A stretch of DNA of 64,000 nt from Candidatus Bathyanammoxibius amoris (GTDB taxonomy: Bacteria > Planctomycetota > Brocadiia > Brocadiales > Bathyanammoxibiaceae). Position numbers and translations under genes: made by a program. Under the pieces are notes generated by a model. That model saw only the letters and a program-made list of their open reading frames with translations. It was not told where the DNA came from and did no database searches. The stretch lies in contig JAMXCW010000009.1 of NCBI GenBank assembly GCA_024451685.1, positions 3,872 through 67,871 on the forward strand, given 5' to 3'. Shown here one piece after another: positions 8,676 through 16,960 of this stretch; within the stretch, counting starts at the first letter, position 1, and the number at the start of each line of letters is the position of its first letter.

Positions 8676-9785
8676 ATGAAGCCCAAAGTATATTTCATAG
8701 AAACCAGGACGGGCGAGGCCCTTGAAAGCCTTGCTGAAAAGACAAAAAAACTGTTCGACTCCGTCAAGTTTTCTTCGACTGTCAAGCGGGGAGACCTGGT
8801 CGGCGTAAAGACCACGTTCGGGGAGAAGAACTGCATCGGCTACCTGAAACCGCCGGTGGTGCGCGCCGCCGTGGATAAAATACGCTCTACGGGGGCCAAG
8901 CCGTTTGTGATGGAGACAAACACGCTCTACATCGGACAGAGGACGAACGCCGTCAACCACCTGCTCCACGCCAATAACCACGGGTTTACGGTGGAGACGG
9001 TCGGCGCGCCCATAATCATCGCCGACGGCCTGATGGGCGAGAACGACTACACCATGCCCCTCGACCTGCCCGGCGGTCTCTGCAGGATGGCGCATATCGC
9101 GGGCGGGGCCAAGGCCGCACAGGGCCTTGTGTTCCTGACCCACGTCACGGGGCACATGCTTACCGGCATGGGCGCCACGCTGAAAAATATCGGTATGGGT
9201 CTCGCCTCCCGCGGCGGGAAACTGGCCATGCACTCCGGCGTAGTGCCCCAGATAATAGAGCCGGACTGCACGGCCTGCGGAATCTGCGCCGAGTTCTGCA
9301 GCCCCAGGGCCATCACCATAAAGGACTACGCCATTATCGACCCGAAACAGTGTATCGGCTGCGGCGAGTGCCTGGCGGTCTGTCCCTTCGAGGCCGTGAA
9401 GATTGACTGGGGCGAAGACACCGAGAACGTGCAGAAAAAGATAGCCGAATACTGTGTGGCCATACTAAAGGGCAAGGAGAAAAAGTCCGTATTCTTCAAC
9501 TTTATAATACACGTGACCGAGCAGTGCGACTGCATGGACAAGGCCTACAAGGCGGCCTTTGACGATATAGGCATACTCGCCTCACGCGACCCCCTTGCCG
9601 TTGACAGGGCCGCAGTTGACATGATACGCGAGTCGGTGGGCGAGGACTTTTTCCATAAGAGCTGGCCCGACATTGACTACACCATACAGATGGACCACGC
9701 CGAGAAGATAGGGCTGGGCTCAACGGACTACGAGCTTGTGGACGTTAGCGGCAGCGGCAAAAAACACGCGGCGGCAAGACGCTAG
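8676..9785 (+). CDS. DUF362 domain protein with a 2x[4Fe-4S] ferredoxin insert
   Basis: MKPKVYFIETR N-terminus (ATG 8676) and two CX2CX2CX3CP motifs (CTACGICAEFCSP, CIGCGECLAVCP). Confidence 0.75.
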   Translation: MKPKVYFIETRTGEALESLAEKTKKLFDSVKFSSTVKRGDLVGVKTTFGEKNCIGYLKPPVVRAAVDKIRSTGAKPFVMETNTLYIGQRTNAVNHLLHANNHGFTVETVGAPIIIADGLMGENDYTMPLDLPGGLCRMAHIAGGAKAAQGLVFLTHVTGHMLTGMGATLKNIGMGLASRGGKLAMHSGVVPQIIEPDCTACGICAEFCSPRAITIKDYAIIDPKQCIGCGECLAVCPFEAVKIDWGEDTENVQKKIAEYCVAILKGKEKKSVFFNFIIHVTEQCDCMDKAYKAAFDDIGILASRDPLAVDRAAVDMIRESVGEDFFHKSWPDIDYTIQMDHAEKIGLGSTDYELVDVSGSGKKHAAARR

Positions 9786-9828
9786 CCGTTAGCACAAACC
9801 CACCCGCGCAGGCGCACGCCTTTCCTTC

Positions 9829-10635
9829 AGCCTGATAAATCAGGCGGCTACAATGTTGGTTGTAAATAGACCGGGCAACTACAAGGGTGTTATTGGGCGA
9901 TTTGATTTGTAGCCGCCCCATTTATGGGGCGAAGATAAATAGCCTGATAAATCAGGCAGCTACAGTGTTGGTTGTAAATGGCCCGGGCAACTACAATGGT
10001 AGTTATGCTTTTGGGTTTGTAGCTGCCCCATTTATGGGGCGTTTGTATTGATAGCCTGATAAATCAGGCAGCTACAGTTTGTAAAACTGTTCAAATTCTA
10101 TTATTTCTTTAACAGGATTGTTCTTAATATATTCTCTAATCTTGTTCAGGGCTTTCTCGTTTCTAATGACATGTTCATAGTAGTTGGGTTGCCAGACCCT
10201 AAATCCTGCTTCTTTACTTACTTGAGCTTTCAGCCGCCGTACTATCTCACCCAGTGGAATGGAACAACCATTTAAAATTATAATTAGATGTAAATGGTTG
10301 GGCATGATACAAAAGTAGTCCACCTCTGTACCTTCAATACGATATAGCCTCTTCATAGCTGCCCTAATAATACCTTCAAGGCCTACAAGGTGTGGTTTAT
10401 TGTGTCTAGAACAGATGGTTACAAAGTAGGGGCCGTTAGCGGAGTAGTTGTAATGCTTTAATCTGATGTCTTTAATGTTTTTCATTAGTCTTGTTGTCTA
10501 ATTTGTTTGTAGCTGCCCCATTTATGGGGCGTTTGTATTAATAGCCTGATAAATCAGGCGGCTACAAGGAAAATAAATGTAGCTGCCCCATTCATGGGGC
10601 AAAAATAAATAGCCCGATAAATCGGGCAGCTACAG
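9829..10635. mobile_element. RAYT gene embedded in clusters of its cognate REP hairpins (family C)
   Basis: H1 = AGCCTGATAAATCAGGCRGCTACA at 9829, 9941, 10053, 10543 and 10611. H2 = TGTAGCYGCCCCATTTATGGGGCG at 9908, 10018, 10508 and 10578. The GCTACA/TGTAGC tails are mutually complementary. The transposase stop codon lies inside the third H1 copy. Confidence 0.8.
10072..10485 (-). CDS. REP-associated tyrosine transposase (IS200/IS605-like Y1 transposase, RAYT)
   Basis: HUH motif in PNHLHLIIIL, plus YYEHVIRNEKALNKIREYIKNNPVK. It is visibly more AT-rich than its neighbours. Confidence 0.85.
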   Translation of the reverse strand: MKNIKDIRLKHYNYSANGPYFVTICSRHNKPHLVGLEGIIRAAMKRLYRIEGTEVDYFCIMPNHLHLIIILNGCSIPLGEIVRRLKAQVSKEAGFRVWQPNYYEHVIRNEKALNKIREYIKNNPVKEIIEFEQFYKL

Positions 10636-10670
10636 TGTTGCTGGCAAACTGAACGGGCGATTACAACTGA

Positions 10671-13556
10671 TTATACCCCCGTAATCACGAAGGGTTTTTC
10701 GGTGCTGAGGCCCTGGTCGTCGTAGGCGACTATGCGTACAAGGTTCAGCCCCCTGATTATGGGTATCCGGGCGGTGAAGTCGCGCTCGCTGGTGCGGTTT
10801 TTGTTGTATTCATAAAAAACCTTGGCGTCGTTCACCATGACGTACACACCCCTTACGTCCTGGTCGTCTTCCACGTGGAACTCGATGTCGACGTCGCCGC
10901 TTCTTGTTGTGAGCACGCCTTCCTTTAGCGTTATTATGGGCGGCCTTAAGGGTAGGAACGATACGGGTATGATATCCCTGACCGCTTCATTATGCTCCGG
11001 GGCGTATCTGTAGACCTCACTGACGTCTTGTGCCTTTACCCAGCCCCTGTAGCCGCCGCTTAGCGGCACGCGGTACCAGCCGTCCGCCTGCCCGTCGGCC
11101 TTGATTACACTCTCGGCAAGGAGCGGCGCAAGCACGGGCGATAGGTCTGACCTGCCGCCATATACACGGGCGCCCTTGCCGGATATCTTGAGCGCAGTGT
11201 GATACGGTTTTATGTCGACGTCGATGTGTTTCTTCTCTATGGGGAGCAGGAGCTTGCTGAAGAGGTTGACTCCCAGGTTGATGTCGGCGATGACCACTTC
11301 GAGCCTGAGGTCATCAGGCGGTATCTCGCTAATGGAAATGTCAAACGTTGCGGTCTTTTCGCCATTGGTCCGGAGCATTCCCTGTTTCAGCCTGGGGTTG
11401 TGTATGGTTATTCCATCGGGGTTCAGCGCCTTGAGCATAACGACCGTGTCCCTGGAGTTGCCCTCACCTATGTTTTTGACCGACAGCGCGAGCCTGACGT
11501 TTTCGCCCGCCTCAATAAGACCGTCGCCCGCGCTACCCGTGCCGTCCAGGACCTGAAAGGAATACGCAAAGACGGGAGTGGGCTGTGCCCAGGTAGTAAT
11601 CCACGCCATGAGGTATTCCGGCGTATAGTCGTTGTCCTCGGTGAACTTGACGACCATCTCGTCCCGCCTGTCGAGCGAGTCCTCCGGCACGTTTACCTTC
11701 AGGGTGTAAGATTCGCTCCGGCCCGGGGCTATCTCGCCGATAGGGAATTCGAGGCCGTCAAAGACCGGGTTGGTAGAGGTGCTCCTGCCCAGCACCCTGT
11801 AGAGCGTGCCGTCGCCGCGGTTCTCCACGGTGACGGCGACGTCAATTGTCCCCCCCGCGTCTACCTCGTTAATTTCCTTGTCAAGGTTTATCCTGGCCAC
11901 CGGTGCCGGCACGCCTTCAGGCAGCCCCGATGACCAGTCTATCCCCTGCCCTTTCAGTGCCTGTACTATCTTCTTTTCTTGCTCCTTCTGCGCCCGCCGC
12001 AGGACTCGCTCGCAGACGTTCCACCTCACACCGCCACCGGCCAGGCCCCCCTCCTCTATGAGTCTCACTGCCAGCCGCACCGGATAGTCACGCGCGGGGT
12101 CCGGCCTGCCGGTTGAAACACCCTCATCGAGGTAAACAAGACTGGCAGAGGGCTTTTCCTCACCGGTGGGCCTCTCTATCCTTTCCCGTATGAGCCCCTC
12201 GTTCAGGTAGTGTACACGCCGGGTAAGCGTGGGGTTGTCCCCGTCGACCTTTATCGGTATGAGGAGCACGTTAGGCGCAAGCCCGATGAATTGGATGTAT
12301 CGCCCGCCGGGGGTGTAATATTTGGCCGTCGTCAGCTTGACCGCATACTTTCCCTTCAGGCCGAAGACCTGCTGGATACATGCCTTGCCGAAGGACTGCT
12401 CGCCCATCACGACCGCCCTGTCGTTTTCCTTAAAAGCCGCGGCCAGTATCTCCGCGCCCGACGCGCTGCCCTCGTCGATCAAGACCACCAGAGGATAACC
12501 TTCTTCTCTATTGCCGGAGGGCCGCGCCCTTACAAATTTCGGGTACCCCTTTCCCGAACTTACCTTTATATTCAGGATACCGGATGAAAGCAACAGGTCC
12601 CCTACGCGTATGATTTCATCCAGCACCCCACCGTAGTTCCCACGAAAATCTATAACCAGGCCGTTCAGGTCGGCAGTCTTTTTCAGCCCTTCCAATGCAT
12701 CAAGCGTGGACTTAAACGTACCGTCCTGAAAGTTGCTTATCCTTATGTACCCGACGTCGCCCTCTAACATAACGGACGTGACGTTTTTCACCGTGACACG
12801 CTCCCGTTGCAGAGTGTAACTAGTTACTATGCCGTCTCTTACGATGGAGAGTGTCACTTTCGTACCTTCGGCGCCGGTGAGCCTTTCCAGGGCCTCCCTG
12901 AGGCTCATCTTCCGCGCGGACTCCCCGTCTATCTCGATGATCCTGTCCCCCGGCATCAGCCCCGCGCGGTAGGCGGGAGAGTTTTCATAAACCTCAATAA
13001 TCGCAAGGGCGCCCTCCCTGAACTCGATATCCATCCCCAGCCCTATGAAGCTGCTTGCGCCCAGGCTCTCGGCCCTCTCAAAGTCTTTTGGCTGGTAAAG
13101 CTTGCAATACGGGTCAAATCCTCTCAGTATGCTGCTCAGCGACGCAAACTCCAACTCCCGGAAGGGCACGGTACACTTTCCGCTTGACTCGATAAAGCGC
13201 AGGATATCCTTCAACATGTCCCTGAGGTCCGCCCAATACTCAATGCCGCCAATCCCAAAGACCTCTTCGCTCCCGTCCACCTGGACCCTCACCGCGTGCG
13301 TGTCCACCGAGGCCCTTAAATTGGGAACAACCCTCTCCACCCCCCTCATCGCGTCGCGCAGCACCTCGTGGACCTTCAGGCTGTTAAAATCTATGTAGTA
13401 CCTTCCGATGCAGGAAAAGACCGCGTTAACCATGTGACCCTCCGGTAAACCACTCTGGCCGGGGACGCCGGTTGACGCAACACCCGTTGCGGATGAAAGC
13501 AGCAGAGAGGACAGGAGGGTTATTGTAAGGCAGAACGATCTGATGTAATTCCGCAT
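10671..13556 (-). CDS. S41 family C-terminal processing peptidase with PDZ domain and a long C-terminal extension (SH3b-like and Ig-like modules)
   Basis: PDZ GLMPGDRIIEIDGE, and S41 motifs FRGNYGG, GSASGAEILA and FGKACIQ. The start at ATG 13556 gives a signal peptide MRNYIRSFCLTITLLSSLLLSSA. Confidence 0.85.
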   Translation of the reverse strand: MRNYIRSFCLTITLLSSLLLSSATGVASTGVPGQSGLPEGHMVNAVFSCIGRYYIDFNSLKVHEVLRDAMRGVERVVPNLRASVDTHAVRVQVDGSEEVFGIGGIEYWADLRDMLKDILRFIESSGKCTVPFRELEFASLSSILRGFDPYCKLYQPKDFERAESLGASSFIGLGMDIEFREGALAIIEVYENSPAYRAGLMPGDRIIEIDGESARKMSLREALERLTGAEGTKVTLSIVRDGIVTSYTLQRERVTVKNVTSVMLEGDVGYIRISNFQDGTFKSTLDALEGLKKTADLNGLVIDFRGNYGGVLDEIIRVGDLLLSSGILNIKVSSGKGYPKFVRARPSGNREEGYPLVVLIDEGSASGAEILAAAFKENDRAVVMGEQSFGKACIQQVFGLKGKYAVKLTTAKYYTPGGRYIQFIGLAPNVLLIPIKVDGDNPTLTRRVHYLNEGLIRERIERPTGEEKPSASLVYLDEGVSTGRPDPARDYPVRLAVRLIEEGGLAGGGVRWNVCERVLRRAQKEQEKKIVQALKGQGIDWSSGLPEGVPAPVARINLDKEINEVDAGGTIDVAVTVENRGDGTLYRVLGRSTSTNPVFDGLEFPIGEIAPGRSESYTLKVNVPEDSLDRRDEMVVKFTEDNDYTPEYLMAWITTWAQPTPVFAYSFQVLDGTGSAGDGLIEAGENVRLALSVKNIGEGNSRDTVVMLKALNPDGITIHNPRLKQGMLRTNGEKTATFDISISEIPPDDLRLEVVIADINLGVNLFSKLLLPIEKKHIDVDIKPYHTALKISGKGARVYGGRSDLSPVLAPLLAESVIKADGQADGWYRVPLSGGYRGWVKAQDVSEVYRYAPEHNEAVRDIIPVSFLPLRPPIITLKEGVLTTRSGDVDIEFHVEDDQDVRGVYVMVNDAKVFYEYNKNRTSERDFTARIPIIRGLNLVRIVAYDDQGLSTEKPFVITGV

Positions 13557-13583
13557 AGTTAGTATAGTCCGTATCGTTTTACA

Positions 13584-14399
13584 TTGCCTTGCGATGTGCC
13601 TGGTGATAGAATTTGTCTCGTGATACTCGATGAAATCTACAAACACAAACTCCTTGAACTTTCCCGGTGCAAGGAGCGACGTCCCCTGGAACAACTTGAG
13701 GCGGCCCTCCCTAACATGGCCGGCACCAAGGACTTAGAGGGCGCGTTGAAGACGTCCAGCGGTCTCGGGCTGATAGCCGAGGTGAAGGCGGCCTCGCCGT
13801 CAAAGGGCATTCTGCGTCACGATATGAATCCCTCGCAAATCGCTTTAGAGTACCAAGAAGGTGGCGCCACCGCAATATCTGTTCTTACTGACGAAAAATT
13901 CTTTCACGGAAGACTTGCTCACCTCGAAGACGTTAGAAGGGTGGTAAGGCTGCCCCTTCTTCGCAAGGACTTTATCATAGACGAGTACCAGCTCGTTGAG
14001 GCCAGGACGAGCGGCGCGGATGCCGTACTCCTTATTGCGGCTATTCTCGATGAGAAAAAACTGGAGGCGCTTCTGAGCAGTGCCGGCCGGTTGGGCCTCA
14101 ATTGCCTGGTGGAGGTGCATACGGAGGGAGAGCTTAAAAAAGTGCTCGATACGCCGGCGACATTAGTAGGGATAAACAACAGGGACCTCCATACGTTCAA
14201 GACCGACCTCGAGACCACCATCAGACTCAGGCCGCTTGTTCCTGAGGACAGGACGGTCGTCAGCGAAAGCGGTATCAAATCGAGGGGTGATGTAAGGCGT
14301 TTAGAAGACGCAGGGGTAGACGCAATACTCGTGGGAGAGGCCCTGGTACAGTCAGAAGATATTGAGAGAGATATAAGGGAGCTTATGGGATGGGACTGA
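13584..14399 (+). CDS. trpC: Indole-3-glycerol phosphate synthase
   Basis: LIAEVKAASPSKG, ISVLTDEKFFHG, LRKDFIIDEYQ and NNRDL motifs. The start is uncertain (TTG 13584 or GTG 13620). Confidence 0.9.
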   Translation: MPCDVPGDRICLVILDEIYKHKLLELSRCKERRPLEQLEAALPNMAGTKDLEGALKTSSGLGLIAEVKAASPSKGILRHDMNPSQIALEYQEGGATAISVLTDEKFFHGRLAHLEDVRRVVRLPLLRKDFIIDEYQLVEARTSGADAVLLIAAILDEKKLEALLSSAGRLGLNCLVEVHTEGELKKVLDTPATLVGINNRDLHTFKTDLETTIRLRPLVPEDRTVVSESGIKSRGDVRRLEDAGVDAILVGEALVQSEDIERDIRELMGWD

Positions 14400-14406
14400 A
14401 ACGCGG

Positions 14407-14727
14407 CTATTCCTTGTAACTAGGCCCTACGAAGAGCTTACAAAGGCATATCCCGTCATTTTCCAGCTCGTTCTTAGAATAGATACAGGGGCAGACAATC
14501 TTGGAATCCTCTTTGGGATTACCGCTGAGTACCCTGCAGGGGCAGTATTCACCACCCGCTTTTATTTTTCTTATGGCGATACCGCGGATTATCGTGTTGG
14601 CAACATCGGTCTCGGGATTAAACAGGTAGGGAGTGGTCTCCAACCATTTTTCCAATCTCCCCCTTACCTCACGTTCAACTTGTTCGAGTGTTTTTCCATT
14701 TTCTGTGCTGGTTATCATTTTTTCCAC
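14407..14727 (-). CDS. Ferredoxin:thioredoxin reductase catalytic-subunit-like protein
   Basis: CPC...CPC...CLC-KLF cysteine pattern, like the FTR beta subunit, but with CLC where plant/cyanobacterial FTR has CHC. Confidence 0.6.
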   Translation of the reverse strand: MEKMITSTENGKTLEQVEREVRGRLEKWLETTPYLFNPETDVANTIIRGIAIRKIKAGGEYCPCRVLSGNPKEDSKIVCPCIYSKNELENDGICLCKLFVGPSYKE

Positions 14728-14903
14728 TGTTGGTTGCGCCCCCCCCTAGGTTTGGTTAAGAAATACAAGTTTAGCATAAACCCACATCTTTTCAAGTCAA
14801 AAAGTTCAGGCCTCGCAGAATCAACATGTAGCAGGTATATCATAAAAGACCACAACATATTGAATGACAAACATTTATTTATATAAACATTGATGTTTCT
14901 TTG

Positions 14904-14931
14904 TTGACGTTTAGCGGACTTTTGCTATAAT
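14904..14931 (+). promoter_or_regulatory. Sigma-70-type promoter for parB
   Basis: TTGACG (14904-14909), 16-nt spacer, TGcTATAAT extended -10 (14923-14931). It lies in an AT-rich spacer. Confidence 0.55.
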
Positions 14932-14956
14932 CCCTCCATTCGAGGGGCGGCTCAGA

Positions 14957-15835
14957 TTGATGCCGGAGGTAAAAGAGATTATGTTGGACAGGGGAAAACT
15001 AGGCAGGAGCCTAGACTCGCTCCTCGGAAATATTGCTGAGGTAGAACCAACCGATAGTATCCTGCAGATTAGTCCGGAAAGCATTCAACCCAATCCTCAT
15101 CAGCCGCGAAGGGAATTTTCACCACAGGCCATAGGCTCGCTTGTAGAATCTATACGAGAACATGGCATGCTCCAGCCGATACTGGTCCGGCCAGCCAAGG
15201 ACGGTTACCAGCTCCTGGCGGGAGAGAGGAGGTGGCGCGCCGCAAAGGAACTCGGGTTGGGCAGTATACCCGCCATTGTGAAGGAGGCCACGTCAAAGCA
15301 ATCCCTGGGGATTGCATTAGTAGAGAACCTGCAGCGTGAGGACCTGAACCCCATAGAGAGGGCCAAGGCCTTCTGGGAGCTTATGGAGGTCTTCGGGCTT
15401 ACACAGGAGCAGGTTGGAAAGTATGTCGGCATGGACCGCTCTTCTGTTGCTAACACCCTGCGGCTGTTAGAATTGTCGATAGAAATCCAGGAGCATGTTT
15501 CACGTGGAACAATCTCACAAGGGCATGCCAGGGCATTGCTCGCGGCCAAGGGTGAATCGCTTCAGCAGAGATTGTGTCAGAGGGTAATTGACGAGGGGCT
15601 TACGGTAAGACAGACGGAGGCCCTGGCCGCCAGCGTAAGTAAAAATGCCCGGCGGAAGCGGCAAAATGGCAGAAATGGCAACAACCATAATGCCCGTGAA
15701 CATGAAGACAGATTGAGCATGGCCCTGGGGACAAAGGTTCAGATACGCCACAGCGGCAGTAAAGGTAAGGTGGTCATCCACTTCAACGGAAATCCCCAGT
15801 TTGAAGACCTTATGAGCCGGCTCTGTGGGGGATAG
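14957..15835 (+). CDS. parB: Chromosome partitioning protein ParB/Spo0J
   Basis: IQPNPHQPRREF, LAGERRWRAAKELG arginine patch, HTH region and a C-terminal dimerisation segment. Alternative ATG starts at 14960 and 14981. Confidence 0.9.
   Translation: MMPEVKEIMLDRGKLGRSLDSLLGNIAEVEPTDSILQISPESIQPNPHQPRREFSPQAIGSLVESIREHGMLQPILVRPAKDGYQLLAGERRWRAAKELGLGSIPAIVKEATSKQSLGIALVENLQREDLNPIERAKAFWELMEVFGLTQEQVGKYVGMDRSSVANTLRLLELSIEIQEHVSRGTISQGHARALLAAKGESLQQRLCQRVIDEGLTVRQTEALAASVSKNARRKRQNGRNGNNHNAREHEDRLSMALGTKVQIRHSGSKGKVVIHFNGNPQFEDLMSRLCGG
15496..15511. promoter_or_regulatory. parS centromere-like site inside parB
   Basis: TGTTTCACGTGGAACA matches the consensus TGTTTCACGTGAAACA at 15/16 positions. 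Confidence 0.75.
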
Positions 15836-16090
15836 ATAGAAGCGTCCCACCCTGTTTAAGGATGAGTGTCGTTTACCGGGCGGGTGTCACACCGTAACTT
15901 CTTTGACAGGCAGTGGTTATAGACAATACCAATCTGGTGGCCTTGCGTTACCTGGGCGCTTTGCCACCAGACGGCCTTCCCTGCGCCCGTCGTAACAGAT
16001 CTATCCCGATGGCCGGTTTCTCGTTCTCGTCTTAGTCTTAAGCGGTGAGTGCGCTAGATGAAGCGGGGTCAAAAATGATCACGACGCGTT

Positions 16091-16783
16091 TTATACATCA
16101 CCCTTGCATACAGGACAAACAGAAATGCATATACCGCAGAGGGAGTCCTCTATCCCCAAACTAATACCAAATTCCAGGGCCTTCTTCCTGCACGTGTAGA
16201 CGTCCAGCAACTCCTCACGCGGCATGCCGACACGCCACTCCCTGTCCCTTATGGCGTTGACCGGGCAGGCTTTCACGCACTCCACGCAACTATTGCAGTT
16301 GCCAACACTTACAGCAATTCCCGTCTCAAGTGGCATGTCCGTCAGCACGGTCCCTAACCGCACCCCGGGGCCATATGTCGAGGACACAAACAGGGACGAC
16401 TTGCCTATCCATCCGAGTCCCGCAAGCGTGGCGGCCGTCTTATGTGGGAATTTTCCGTCAAACCATTTAAGATACTTTTTGCGTCCCGTGTCCTCGATGG
16501 TAGCTTGCACTATTTGAGCCCTGTAACCTGCGGACCTTATCATGACCTCCACGCCGTGCCCTATCCGGTTCAGGAGGGCGTTCTTCTCCCTGTACTGGAG
16601 ATAGTAGGCCCAGTTCGGCCCGTTATGTATGGACTCTATTACCTCAAGCGGCAGGCTGCAGGCTATGGATATGGCGTAGGGGAAACCCATGGTCCCCGGG
16701 AGGTCGAGGCCCCGGAGTCTTGCAAAACCGACCAGTGATGCCCCCTGTTCGTATATGTATTGTCTTATAGTATGCTGAACCAT
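16091..16783 (-). CDS. 4Fe-4S double-cluster protein, epoxyqueuosine-reductase (QueG)/reductive-dehalogenase-related
   Basis: CNSCVECVKACP and CGICISVCP motifs, with a QueG-like N-terminal half. Confidence 0.55.
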   Translation of the reverse strand: MVQHTIRQYIYEQGASLVGFARLRGLDLPGTMGFPYAISIACSLPLEVIESIHNGPNWAYYLQYREKNALLNRIGHGVEVMIRSAGYRAQIVQATIEDTGRKKYLKWFDGKFPHKTAATLAGLGWIGKSSLFVSSTYGPGVRLGTVLTDMPLETGIAVSVGNCNSCVECVKACPVNAIRDREWRVGMPREELLDVYTCRKKALEFGISLGIEDSLCGICISVCPVCKGDV

Positions 16784-16828
16784 CGCGTACAGAGTTTGTT
16801 TTCGCGCGTACGAAAGACTCTAGTAGGT

Positions 16829-16910
16829 GTCGTTCTGAGGGAACGAAGTGACCGAAGAATCTGACAATGCGTGTCAGATTCTTCTCCCCCTCAGGCGGGC
16901 CACAATGACA
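16829..16910. repeat. Palindromic doublet, divergent variant of family B (GTCRTTSTGAGG...GAAGAATCTGACA and its inverse)
   Basis: Arms 16829-16866 and 16872-16910 are inverted complements around the loop ATGCG. Confidence 0.7.
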
Positions 16911-16960
16911 CACGTGAGTAACACATCAAGTCTCGCAATACTTTCTTGTAAAGCGCTGCT

